Source of the DNA: Histomonas meleagridis 2922-C6/04-290x
Taxonomy: Eukaryota > Protista > Parabasalia
DNA length: 64,000 nucleotides
Direction of reading: 5' to 3'
NCBI GenBank assembly: GCA_020184695.1
Contig: JAANOX010000008.1
Location: forward strand, 222-64,221
The position numbers were made by a program, and so were the translations under genes. Each line of letters begins with the position of its first letter. The stretch's first letter is position 1. Below, piece by piece: positions 11,682-22,358 of the stretch. Under the pieces are notes generated by a model, which saw only the letters and a list, made by a program, of their open reading frames with translations, had not been told where the DNA came from and searched no databases.

Positions 11682-13097
11682 ATGGATTCCTACAAAGGAA
11701 GCAATTTTTCGAAAACCTCTGTTTTAAGTCTTGATACTACTAGTCAAATATATGATGAATCATGGATTGAACCATTTTTCAATAATTTTATAACATTCAT
11801 AAAAAATAATGATTCTTTTTCGTTACAAAACTTGGTTGATCAACATGAGTTACAACTCAAAGGACATTTAAAGAGCAGTCCACTTCCAACTTGTGCATAT
11901 GATGAAGAAGTTATTCAATCCTTATTTTTTTGCTTTTTACCAGAAAATGCAGAACGTTTTTATTTACCAGGAATCACAGTTTTTGATACGCTTTATGTAC
12001 GTACTAATGAAACTAATTTCGAAGTATTTCTTGAAAATAATATATTTGAACTTTTTCTCAATTTATTCCAAATTATTCCCAAGCACTTTCAACTTGTGCT
12101 TCTTCGTCTTATTCTCCATATTTCTCATAAGTATCCACTTTGTTCACCAATCATCAACAACCTTTTTGGCGAGAATTTCTTGTTTTTTTTCATTCAATTT
12201 GATCATAATTTAAATCTCCGTGGCGAGTATCTTCGTATGAAAGCCAAACATCTTACATCTGAAAATGATACGATTGATAATTTTACTAATATTCTCGAAA
12301 CACTTCGATTTAGCTTAACAGATCAACCAAACTTATTTGATATTCATCACCTTCGCTGTGTTTCACTTGATGCATTTCATTTTCTTTGTTTATATAGTTC
12401 CCAACTTTATGATTTTCTACTCGAACATCAAAAACATTTCGAAGAAATTATTTTTGTATATTTGTTATCGAATGACTTTGGAATGAATTCTTGTAAATAT
12501 CAATACATGGCACTTTTAATTTGTGCAGATATTATGAGCACTGATAAATGTTATCTTCACATTAATTTAAAGGATTTTATTGAGCGATTTATGGATCTCA
12601 ATTATTTCCCTAATGAAATGAATGAATTTAGTGATGCGCCTGTTTTAGTATGTCGAATAATACGAAAATTTTTAGAGAAAAGACAACAAGAACTTAAATA
12701 TTTGGATTTTTTATATTCGAATGGATTCGAAAGGTTAAAAATATTCTTTGAAAACGGTAACTTCGAATTGAGAAAAGAAGCGCTTGCACTTGTAAATGAT
12801 TTAGCATATGGACCAACTGTTGTTGTGGTATATATTATCGAAAATGGTTTTATGGATTTTTTGGTTGAGTTTTTAGATTTAGATTTTTGCCAAACAGGTA
12901 AAATCTTAAGTGTTCTTTATAATCTCGCAATGGTCGCAAAAAAAAAGCATTACACTGAAAGTGCGTTCAATGAGATATTTATAAAGGAAGATGTAATTGA
13001 GCCAATGTTAGAATTAAAGATGTGCGAAATACCAAAAATTGCTGAATTAGCTAATGAATTTTTAGATGCAATAGAATTTAATGAAAATATGTTTTAA
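11682..13097 (+). CDS. Armadillo/HEAT-repeat protein of unknown function
   Basis: 471 aa, helical and Leu/Phe-rich, with an ARM-like segment NGNFELRKEALALVNDL..IIENGFMDFLVEFL. Confidence 0.5.
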   Translation: MDSYKGSNFSKTSVLSLDTTSQIYDESWIEPFFNNFITFIKNNDSFSLQNLVDQHELQLKGHLKSSPLPTCAYDEEVIQSLFFCFLPENAERFYLPGITVFDTLYVRTNETNFEVFLENNIFELFLNLFQIIPKHFQLVLLRLILHISHKYPLCSPIINNLFGENFLFFFIQFDHNLNLRGEYLRMKAKHLTSENDTIDNFTNILETLRFSLTDQPNLFDIHHLRCVSLDAFHFLCLYSSQLYDFLLEHQKHFEEIIFVYLLSNDFGMNSCKYQYMALLICADIMSTDKCYLHINLKDFIERFMDLNYFPNEMNEFSDAPVLVCRIIRKFLEKRQQELKYLDFLYSNGFERLKIFFENGNFELRKEALALVNDLAYGPTVVVVYIIENGFMDFLVEFLDLDFCQTGKILSVLYNLAMVAKKKHYTESAFNEIFIKEDVIEPMLELKMCEIPKIAELANEFLDAIEFNENMF

Positions 13098-13928
13098 TAA
13101 AATCAAATTATTTTTTGTTTTGTTTTGTTTTTTTGTGTATTAATGCAGGGGGACAAAAAGTAATGAGCAAACACTAACTCCCTTAATAATGAAATTATAG
13201 AAATAAAAAAAATATATTTTGAAAGTGAACATTTGAGTATATTTACTATCCAATGAGATTTTTTTAAAATAGGGATAACCATAAACGTGGTCTCAATTTC
13301 CAGGTGAATGCGGCTGGAAATTTTTTAAGTAATTCATAACAAGCATGCTTACCTCATGTTTTTTTTCCCTATTTTTTTTTTCCCCCTCCTAATTTTTATC
13401 CATAAATTTATGATGGAACGATATATTTGATTCATGCATGAATTTATTACGAAAATAAATATCATTCAACATACATGTATGATACCTACACGTAGTATAT
13501 TTCATAAAATATACTAGAAATGATTTTAAAAATTTCCTGCAAATTTCTATATTTATCATTTGTAAATAATAGTACAAATTATTGAAAAAAGTTATATGCA
13601 CTATATTATCGGAAAAAATGAAAATAAAATATACTTATAAATGTGTTCGATTTTTCATTCTGATTTTTGTCATAAATCTTATCAAACACTTAATATAATA
13701 ATTATACTTTATTTATCATGATAATTCAACGATTCTTTACTTTGCACAATTGCCACTTTTCTTGTTTTTTTCTGGAGAAAATTAATCAAATCATGCACTT
13801 AATATATTAAGATAAAATTTATATAATTTTATATGACCTATAAATGTTTTGTTATATTTTATTGAAAATTTATATTATTTATTTTTATAACATAGGATAT
13901 TCGTATTTTAATATTTACGGTTGGAGTA

Positions 13929-13940
13929 GGTGCCCCAAAA
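13929..13940 (+). promoter_or_regulatory. Candidate promoter motif GGYGYCCCAAAA (BspA copy)
   Basis: GGTGCCCCAAAA 18 nt upstream of ATG 13959, with similar copies upstream of VPS13 and the ankyrin gene. Confidence 0.4.
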
Positions 13941-13958
13941 AATTAAGTGTAGTTTGAA

Positions 13959-16900
13959 ATGATGTTTTTTATTTTTATTCAAGGAATTTATCTCCTTGAT
14001 GTCATTGTATACTATGGGGATGTAAAGAACCAAACATATGGTGAAACTTTGTTAGAAGCAATTATTGATTTTCCCGATTTTGATGGAATTGAAATTTCAA
14101 ACGGAATATTAAGGATAGAAGACATGTTACAAAGCAAACAGTACCTAACACAAATTCATTTTTTAAGAGCATCAAAAGTCGAATTCGAAAGAGGACAAAT
14201 TCCAGATAATTTATTTTCTTTTTTTAATTTTCTTGAAGAAGTGACAATTGAAGGAACTCTTGATGTTATTGGTTCTTCTTCATTCGATACGTGTAGCAAC
14301 CTTAAAAGTGTTTCATTTTCAGAAGTTAAAGAAATTCGCCAATATGCATTTTATTCATGTACTTTACTAACCACTGTAAATTCTCCAAGGCTTGTGGCTG
14401 TTTCTGATAGTTCTTTCATGGAATGTGAAAATCTCAAAACAATTAATTCTCAATTACAAGTTATTGGTGAAAGTTCCTTTTACATGTGTACGTCATTAGT
14501 TGACATATCTTTTTCTTCAAAAATTGATGTGATACCGTCTTATTCATTTTATGGCTGTTCTCAAATTAATAAAGCACAATTTTCCAATGCCAATACTATC
14601 GGAATATCTGCGTTTGCATTTTGTACTTCTTTAGTATCATTTACTGCAAACAATGTTCAAAGTACCGAAAATTTAGCATTTGTCAGTTGCCGATCGCTCG
14701 TAACGGTTTCGATTCAAAAAGCAAAGACGATAGGGCCAAATACATTTGATTCATGTTCTTCATTACAAACAATTACATGTAAACCAACAAGTATTGGTGG
14801 TTCATCATTTATCGGATGTTCGAGTTTAGTTGATCTTTCATTTGCATCTGAAATCACATCTATATCACCATATAGTTTTTATTCATGCACTAATATTGTT
14901 AAAGCGGAATTTCTTCATGCAGAATCCATTGGCGAATATTCCTTTTATTTATGTACTAAATTAACAGAAGTCAATTTTCCTAATGCATCAACAGTTGGTC
15001 AAAATAGTTTTGCATATTGTTATCAACTAACTGAATTTACTAATTATGAGGCAAATGTTATTGGGAATGAATCATTTTATTATTGTATTTCATTAAAATC
15101 AATTAATATTAATGCTAAAATTATCGAACAAGGCGCGTTTGAACATTGTACAAATTTATATACATTAAATGGAGCCGAAAGCTTTGTCAAAATTCAAGAA
15201 AATTCATTTAAAGATTGTTGGACATTAATCAGCATAAATTTAACAAATTTAGAAACATGTGGAAATTATTCATTCCAAGGCTGTATAAAATTATCAACAA
15301 TTTATATGGGGAAACTTAAAACAATTGGTAATATGATTCTAGAAGATTGTCCATGTTTACAAAGTATATATTTAAATGGAATTAAAAAAATATCAAAAGA
15401 ATCATTAATATTAACATCAAGTAAGAATTTAGAATCAATTAAAATGCCGAATTTAATTCAAGCTCCAAATAACTTTTTAAAGAATTGTCCATTACATACA
15501 ATAACATTTGATTCATTAGAAAACATTGGAAATAATTTTTGTTATAATTGTACTAATTTATATAATGTTGAATTACCAAATTTAAAGATTGTAGGTAATA
15601 ATTGTTTAGCGTTTTGTAGTAATTTACAATATTTTATGGCCCCTAAATTAGAAATTGCTGGTGATAATCTTTTGTTCGGTTGTAAGAATTTTAAACCAAT
15701 AGGTTTCGAAAATTTAATATCTTTAGGGAATAATCCATTTAATGAATGTGAAGAAAATTTTTTAACTTCATTTAAATTAAATTCTTTACAAAATGTCGGT
15801 AATTATTTCATGAAAAATATAAATTTTTTAGATGACATAAATACATTTGAAGAAAATACTCCAAATTTATTAAGTATTGGAGATTATACATTTATTAATA
15901 ATAATGATAATATTATTCGATCAATGGAACATAAAAATATTCGAAGTTTTGGTAGTTATACATTTGCTAATTTTCATGAATTAGAAGAAATTCATTTTAA
16001 TAATTTAATTAAATGTAAATCTGCAACATTTTTAAATTGTACCAAATTAACATTAATTGATTTACCATTATTAAAAGAATGTGAAAACTCAACATTTGAA
16101 AATTGTATTTCTTTAAAAAATATTAATTTACCATCTTTAGTTAATTGTGGATATAATACATTTAGTAATTGTATTAATTTGGAATCCGTTTCATTGCCAA
16201 ATATTGATAATATTGGTACACAATCATTTTCTAATTGTACTAAATTAACAAATTTAATTTTACCAAATTTAACTTCTTTAGGAGATTTTGTATTTTCTAA
16301 TTGTATATCTTTAAGTAATATTAATTTCCCTAAACTTATAATTATTGGAATTTCAGTATTTAGCTCATGTACTTCATTAAGAGAAATTTCACTTGATATT
16401 ATTTTGATTGATGATTATGCATTTGAAAATTGTATTAATTTAAATTCCGTGAAATTAAATAATGCTGTTATCATATGTAAATATTCATTTTATAATTGTA
16501 TATCATTAACAAATATTGAAATATCAAATGTTAGTGTAATTCAACAATTTGCATTTTATAATTGTCGAAATTTACAAACAATTAAATCAATTGCTATATC
16601 AATTGATCAATCAGCGTTTGAAAATTGTAATAATTTAGTTAATGTACATTTTAATTTTGTTAAATTCATTGGAAAACGATGTTTTATGAATTGTATATCA
16701 TTAGTTAATGTAACATTTCCAAAGTTAACATCTCTTTCATCTGAATCATTTTCTAATTGTATATCATTAGAAACTGTACATTTCCCAAATTTATATACAT
16801 TATTAAGTGGCGATTATCATTTTAATAATTGTTATAACCTTCGAATTGTTTATATGCCATCACTTCAAACAGTGAATGAATCCGATTTAAATATATTTAA

Positions 16901-17339
16901 TAATTGTACTTCGTTAGGGAAATTTTCTTTCAATTCAGATCCACCAAAAGAATTCTCAAACGATTTTTTAATTTCTTCAAATATTATACCAATAAATCAA
17001 TCGAAATTAGTGTCTTATTACCCAATTATTGTTTGTTTGCCTCATATCGATGATTATGATAATTATTGTAATAAAGATAATTGTACATTTAATAAAATAT
17101 GGAAAATGTTACAACTTAATATGGATGAAGATAAGATTAAAATGTATTGCCCTGAAACTGAAAAAAAACATATTAAAAGTCTCGAAGTGTATCAAATAGT
17201 TTTGATAGCTCTCGGATGTTTAGTGTTTGTGGCGATTTTGATTATGATATTTGTAAATTATAAGTTCTTACATAAAGTACATGCAGAAGAAAATGAAGCA
17301 CATGAATTGGTGGAGGCGGTAATGGATGACTTCGGTTAA
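13959..17339 (+). CDS. BspA-like TpLRR leucine-rich repeat surface protein (type I membrane)
   Basis: Dozens of ~22-aa repeats of the form I-G-x-x-A/S-F-x-x-C-x-x-L, a C-terminal TM (IVLIALGCLVFVAILIMIFV), and a short tail ending MDDFG. Confidence 0.92.
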   Translation: MMFFIFIQGIYLLDVIVYYGDVKNQTYGETLLEAIIDFPDFDGIEISNGILRIEDMLQSKQYLTQIHFLRASKVEFERGQIPDNLFSFFNFLEEVTIEGTLDVIGSSSFDTCSNLKSVSFSEVKEIRQYAFYSCTLLTTVNSPRLVAVSDSSFMECENLKTINSQLQVIGESSFYMCTSLVDISFSSKIDVIPSYSFYGCSQINKAQFSNANTIGISAFAFCTSLVSFTANNVQSTENLAFVSCRSLVTVSIQKAKTIGPNTFDSCSSLQTITCKPTSIGGSSFIGCSSLVDLSFASEITSISPYSFYSCTNIVKAEFLHAESIGEYSFYLCTKLTEVNFPNASTVGQNSFAYCYQLTEFTNYEANVIGNESFYYCISLKSININAKIIEQGAFEHCTNLYTLNGAESFVKIQENSFKDCWTLISINLTNLETCGNYSFQGCIKLSTIYMGKLKTIGNMILEDCPCLQSIYLNGIKKISKESLILTSSKNLESIKMPNLIQAPNNFLKNCPLHTITFDSLENIGNNFCYNCTNLYNVELPNLKIVGNNCLAFCSNLQYFMAPKLEIAGDNLLFGCKNFKPIGFENLISLGNNPFNECEENFLTSFKLNSLQNVGNYFMKNINFLDDINTFEENTPNLLSIGDYTFINNNDNIIRSMEHKNIRSFGSYTFANFHELEEIHFNNLIKCKSATFLNCTKLTLIDLPLLKECENSTFENCISLKNINLPSLVNCGYNTFSNCINLESVSLPNIDNIGTQSFSNCTKLTNLILPNLTSLGDFVFSNCISLSNINFPKLIIIGISVFSSCTSLREISLDIILIDDYAFENCINLNSVKLNNAVIICKYSFYNCISLTNIEISNVSVIQQFAFYNCRNLQTIKSIAISIDQSAFENCNNLVNVHFNFVKFIGKRCFMNCISLVNVTFPKLTSLSSESFSNCISLETVHFPNLYTLLSGDYHFNNCYNLRIVYMPSLQTVNESDLNIFNNCTSLGKFSFNSDPPKEFSNDFLISSNIIPINQSKLVSYYPIIVCLPHIDDYDNYCNKDNCTFNKIWKMLQLNMDEDKIKMYCPETEKKHIKSLEVYQIVLIALGCLVFVAILIMIFVNYKFLHKVHAEENEAHELVEAVMDDFG

Positions 17340-18259
17340 AATATATGTGGTTACTTATCTTTGCGTTTTATGTTGTTAAAATTTAAAAATAATTTTAGAA
17401 AATTAATATTAATAAAAAAATTCGAATATTTTTCTTTTAAAGTGTAATTAACTGATAAATGTTTGTGTTTGACGATTGATGGAAATAATACGAAAAGGAA
17501 ATTCTATCAATGATAGATGCAAATGCAAATGATATCGGAGGGTAGAAAAACACCATATGTACAAGAAATAATCAATTTATCTCTTTGCTTGTGGGAGCAG
17601 GAACTCTTAATAAATTAAGGATCAAAATATGTTATTTATGACATGATTCTAAATCACCATTTCATATCAGAAGATTATCAGAGGTATTTTAAGATATCTA
17701 ATACTATCAGCTTCAAACAAAGTCAGAAATAATTTTAATGCACAGATAATTGGAGTGCATAATGCATTAGAATTTTTATGTGGTTAATTCAGTGTATACT
17801 AATTACACCTTGTTTTTGTCGCATTATAAACCAAGTTCTCATTTATTCCAAAAATCATACTCATTAGCTGATTCATCAATTGTTATTTATGTCACTTTGT
17901 AATCGAAAATCTGATAAATACATAAAATTTATATATTTAATGTTCTAAAATCTTTGTCAATTGACAAGGGTTTTATGATGTTGGAGGCAACAGAAGAAGT
18001 TAACTTGGTAAAGTACCTGATGAATTTGCTTTAAATTTAATTTTTTTTCATTTAGAATTCTTTCATTTCCCACCATTTATGTCTGCACATTATAGTTTGG
18101 AAATGATCAAACTGGAAGAAAAAATATAAAAAACATAAGGATGAATGCATAAATTCTCCAGCTCATAAACTTTTTTACTCAATTTTTTGTGAAAATAATG
18201 GTAAAACGATCAAAATTTGTTCAATTTTCTATCGATAGAAAAGTGTGTTTCCCAATCCC

Positions 18260-19381
18260 ATGAGGCGCTCAATTTTTGAATTTCCCCATCCATCATTAAA
18301 AAAAAGACCTTACAGATATCCGAAATGGGAACTTAATGAAAATAACAAATTAGGATCGGGCGAATATAAAATATCTGCCCTTGATTTCAACATTTCTCTT
18401 GATGATTCAATTCGAGCCAAAAACTTTCGAGAATATGATGAAACTATTCATTATCATGTTATTCAAAATGATGGCGAGAAACAATCATTAATATGGCTCA
18501 CAGATGCAAAAAACATTTTTAATGCAGAACTCACGCAAATGCCTGAGTATTATATTACCCGACTTGTATTTAACGAGAATCACAAAACAGTAATTATTCT
18601 TCGTAATGGTAGAGTCTATGGCGGGATATCGTTTCGACCATTCAAAGATCGTGATTTTGCTGAGATAGCCTTTTGTGCTGTCTCTACCAAACAACAAATC
18701 CGTGGTTATGGTGCACACATTATGGCTCATGTTAAAACATATCTCCAAGCAATTGGAATTTACAACATTCTTACATATGCAGATAACACAGCTGTTGGGT
18801 ATTTCAAACGCCAAGGCTTTACATTAGAAATGAAACTCGATACGAACAAATGGGTTCATTACATTAAAGATTACCAAGGCGCCACTCTCATTCATTGTCA
18901 AATTCGACCTGACATTGATTACTTGCGCATTGGTGATGTCGTATCACAGCAAAAGAAACTAGTTTCAAGTTTACTTCCTAAGACAGACATTACACGTGTT
19001 ACACATTGGCCAGTTAAATCGATAAAAGGAATTACAATTGATAAAGAACCAAAAGTTGATGTAATTAATCAGATGCACTTAATTGTTAGTAGCATCAAAC
19101 TGAACTCGAGGTCTTGGCCATTCTTAAATCCAGTATCGCTTAAAGATGCACCGAATTATTTGGAAATTGTACAAAAGCCGATGGATTTGTCAACAATAGA
19201 AAAGAATATCGAAGAAAATAAATACCAAACATTGGATCAATTTGTTGATGATATGAAACTTATCTTCACAAATTGTTACGCTTATAATGCTGTGGATAGT
19301 GTATATCATAGAAGCGCTAAAGAATTGGAAAAATATTTTGAAAAGTTATTAATGAAAACAAAAGAAGGAAGAAGGCGTTAA
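18260..19381 (+). CDS. GCN5: GCN5 histone acetyltransferase with bromodomain
   Basis: HAT motifs FAEIAFCAV, QIRGYG, LTYADNTAVGYFKRQGF, IKDYQGATL; bromodomain WPFLNPV..APNY..KPMDL..CYAYN. Start moved from GTG 18245 to ATG 18260. Confidence 0.95.
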   Translation: MRRSIFEFPHPSLKKRPYRYPKWELNENNKLGSGEYKISALDFNISLDDSIRAKNFREYDETIHYHVIQNDGEKQSLIWLTDAKNIFNAELTQMPEYYITRLVFNENHKTVIILRNGRVYGGISFRPFKDRDFAEIAFCAVSTKQQIRGYGAHIMAHVKTYLQAIGIYNILTYADNTAVGYFKRQGFTLEMKLDTNKWVHYIKDYQGATLIHCQIRPDIDYLRIGDVVSQQKKLVSSLLPKTDITRVTHWPVKSIKGITIDKEPKVDVINQMHLIVSSIKLNSRSWPFLNPVSLKDAPNYLEIVQKPMDLSTIEKNIEENKYQTLDQFVDDMKLIFTNCYAYNAVDSVYHRSAKELEKYFEKLLMKTKEGRRR

Positions 19382-20166
19382 ACAGAGTTAAAGATAAATA
19401 GATATGAATAAATATTAACTTTCTTGTGATTAAATGTAAATAATTCATTTTTTTAATTAAACACGAAACATTGTTTAAAATATGATTTAAATGAATTCGT
19501 AACTTATTTTAAATTGTTACATTTAGTTTAATGACCTAAATGATGGTCTAAAACAAATATAATTCATTGTTGATTAGCTAATCAATTGAATTTTTTAAAT
19601 GAACATCAAAAAACAACATGTTGAGGATAAAAAAACTTTAGAATTATAAAAATGCGTTAACACATTATATCAAACAATTATTATAATTCCAAATATTGAA
19701 TACTTTTTAACCTAAAATTAAAAAAAAAAGTTGAAATTGGCCAGCATAAATATTCTTCGATTAAAAAAAATTAACAAAATTTCAATTACACTAACCTACG
19801 TTTTCATATCCTGTGTCATGTATATATCGCATTAATCATCCTCATAACACAAGGCTTTTTTTCGATGGTTAGAACTATGATCGGGCGCATCGGAAATCCG
19901 TTTATAATTTTTGACAGTTCAATAACGGCATTGAAAGCCTCCACGAATAATGCCACTTTTAATTCAATACCCGATGTATCACGCTCAAATTTGAGTTAAT
20001 CGAGAAAATTATGGCAACTGCCGCAACACAATTTGTGACAATACAATAGAAATATTTCAATGAATTTGTGAGAGCAAGATTAACGATAGTGATTTAACCG
20101 CGAAATTGATTTAAAGTTCTTTACAATCAGGTTTTTGTAAACTCCTCCAACCTCACCATTATTTCA

Positions 20167-21828
20167 ATGAATATAACAATTGCAAATCTTCTTTTATCAT
20201 CATGCTTAACAGGAAACACTATGACTGCGTCACCATTAAATGCGCGTGGAAGTTTCAATTTTTTGAATTCTCATCTTTCATACTTTTTAAATTCAGCTTT
20301 ATACATTTCAAACCCTTCTTTATCACTTAATGTCAAAGGCAACAAATTCATGAACTTTCTTAGTACTCCAGTAAAAGTAGAAACCTCAACTATACAATCT
20401 AAAACTCTCACAACAACTCAAAATTCCTTCACTGAATCCTCGTACACATTTAGCCAATGCCTTTTTTACCAGTGTGATGGTGGCTCAAATCTTGCTGGTG
20501 CTATAAGTGTTGATACATCTTCTACAGGTTCAAGTTTTACCATTGAGATTATAGGTTGTACTTTCTTCTGCTGCAGGTCACAAGGTGCAGGAGCTGTGAG
20601 CGTTGGACACAATACTGGTTGGACCTCGATTAACTTTACTATTCATAATAATGATTTCAGAGGGTGTTACACACAGTCAACCTTGCTCTCACTTCGAGAA
20701 GTTTTGCAAACTGGTTCGGTTTATGATTTCTTCGATAAATCTAGTGCACAAAATTTACTTCTTAAAACTTCAGGAGTTATTTCTATGGATTATAACACAT
20801 TTGAAAAGCCAGGAGTTAATAATGGAGTCCTTTCTTCACCATCTGTTAATATCTTTACTAATCTTCCAGATTTTTCAAATTTGAATTTTAGTAAGCAAGG
20901 AGTAAATGACATATCTGAAGCCCTCCGTGTGAACTATGCCAGCAAAAACTTCGCCTTTAACTATTTCAATTTTTACGATCAAAAAGGACGATATCTAATG
21001 AATCTTATTTATGAACAATCAGAAATCTGTAAAATGAATATTCAAAACATTAACATTATTAATTGCGAACTTGTTGATGGAGGCGATATGCTCTGGGAAT
21101 ATACACAAGATTCACCATCTTACATTTTATTATTTGATAACAAACTTGAAATCACAGAAGAACTTTCACTCTCTGACATATCCATTATCAATCCAATATT
21201 TGCGACATCCAAAGCTTATTTCTATTTTTGCCTCGAAATTAGCACACTCTTTAGAGAAGCAGAATCATTCCCAAGTTTAACTGTCCAAAACTTATATTGT
21301 AACTCGAATTCAGTGTTCGAAAGAATAAGCCGAGAAGATAAAAATAATCATATAACAACCATCAGCACATACATTCCAACTGTTTCATTCTCAAAGCCCA
21401 TAGTAGTTCCAACAGATGTAATTTCTGATCCCGAAGTTGACCTTATAGTCCCTGATCAAAATGAACCAGATGATAACAATGACAACACAACAATTATTAT
21501 CATTGTTGTTGTAGTTGTTGTTGTAGTGGTAATAGTTGTTGTCGTCTTAGTTCTCGTTCTCGTTGTCTTTAAGGATAAGTCTAAAAAGCCGAAAAAGAAT
21601 AAGAATAAGAAGCGCGAATCTTCTTCAAGTGATAAAGGCGTAATCGATAGTATGACTGTCGAAACTAAGATTCAGACCGACGTAAACCCATTGACAACAT
21701 TCACAACGGATAACCCATTCGCGACACAGTCGTCAATGTTGCCAACCAACGATCACGGGTTTAGCTCTGATCCATTTAGACATAATGAGGACGATGGAGA
21801 TGATGACCCTGACGATAATGTGTTTTAA
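20167..21828 (+). CDS. Pmp-like (beta-helix, GAI-motif) type I surface protein
   Basis: FYQCDGG..AGAISV and FFCCRS.GAGAVSV motifs, an acidic/Pro stalk, an Ile/Val homopolymeric TM, a basic stop-transfer segment, and a tail with NPL/DNPF/DPF motifs. Confidence 0.6.
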   Translation: MNITIANLLLSSCLTGNTMTASPLNARGSFNFLNSHLSYFLNSALYISNPSLSLNVKGNKFMNFLSTPVKVETSTIQSKTLTTTQNSFTESSYTFSQCLFYQCDGGSNLAGAISVDTSSTGSSFTIEIIGCTFFCCRSQGAGAVSVGHNTGWTSINFTIHNNDFRGCYTQSTLLSLREVLQTGSVYDFFDKSSAQNLLLKTSGVISMDYNTFEKPGVNNGVLSSPSVNIFTNLPDFSNLNFSKQGVNDISEALRVNYASKNFAFNYFNFYDQKGRYLMNLIYEQSEICKMNIQNINIINCELVDGGDMLWEYTQDSPSYILLFDNKLEITEELSLSDISIINPIFATSKAYFYFCLEISTLFREAESFPSLTVQNLYCNSNSVFERISREDKNNHITTISTYIPTVSFSKPIVVPTDVISDPEVDLIVPDQNEPDDNNDNTTIIIIVVVVVVVVVIVVVVLVLVLVVFKDKSKKPKKNKNKKRESSSSDKGVIDSMTVETKIQTDVNPLTTFTTDNPFATQSSMLPTNDHGFSSDPFRHNEDDGDDDPDDNVF

Positions 21829-22358
21829 ATGTTTCTCTCCAGATTTAAGTAAAATAATTTGAAAAATATAATAATGATATAATAATTGATGTGAAGAATA
21901 TTTTTTATTTTCAATTTCTGTTGATGAATTGTTGTGAAGATAAAAGTTATTATGAAGAATACATAAATTTGAATTCATAATTATTAACTGTGTGAATATA
22001 TGTTTTAGTATGCTCATGATTTGGTAATAAAAACATGTTCGAATGTTTCACTACCTTTATAGGATATGTTAAAAAAATTGTGAAGTGCTCTTATTTTGGG
22101 AATAATTCTTTATATTTGGAAGTTACATTAATATCAATTCCCTCTTGTTCAGATAGTAATTTAACTATTTATGAAGATGCTAAAATAAGTGCTGTATAAA
22201 ATATTATAAACAATTTCCAAATGTTATTTTGAAATATAAAATTTTAAAATAAATTTTAAATATAATAAAAAAATAGTTTTGCATTGATGTCAAAAAGTCA
22301 CTTTTTTGTGATGAAAAAATTGAATATAAAAATAAACAATACAATTTATTAACGTACA

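Noticed and set aside
18198-18263. 21-codon upstream ORF whose TGA overlaps the GCN5 ATG (ATGA)
   Set aside because: Trichomonad 5' UTRs are usually very short, so it is probably not transcribed, and such short ORFs are common by chance.
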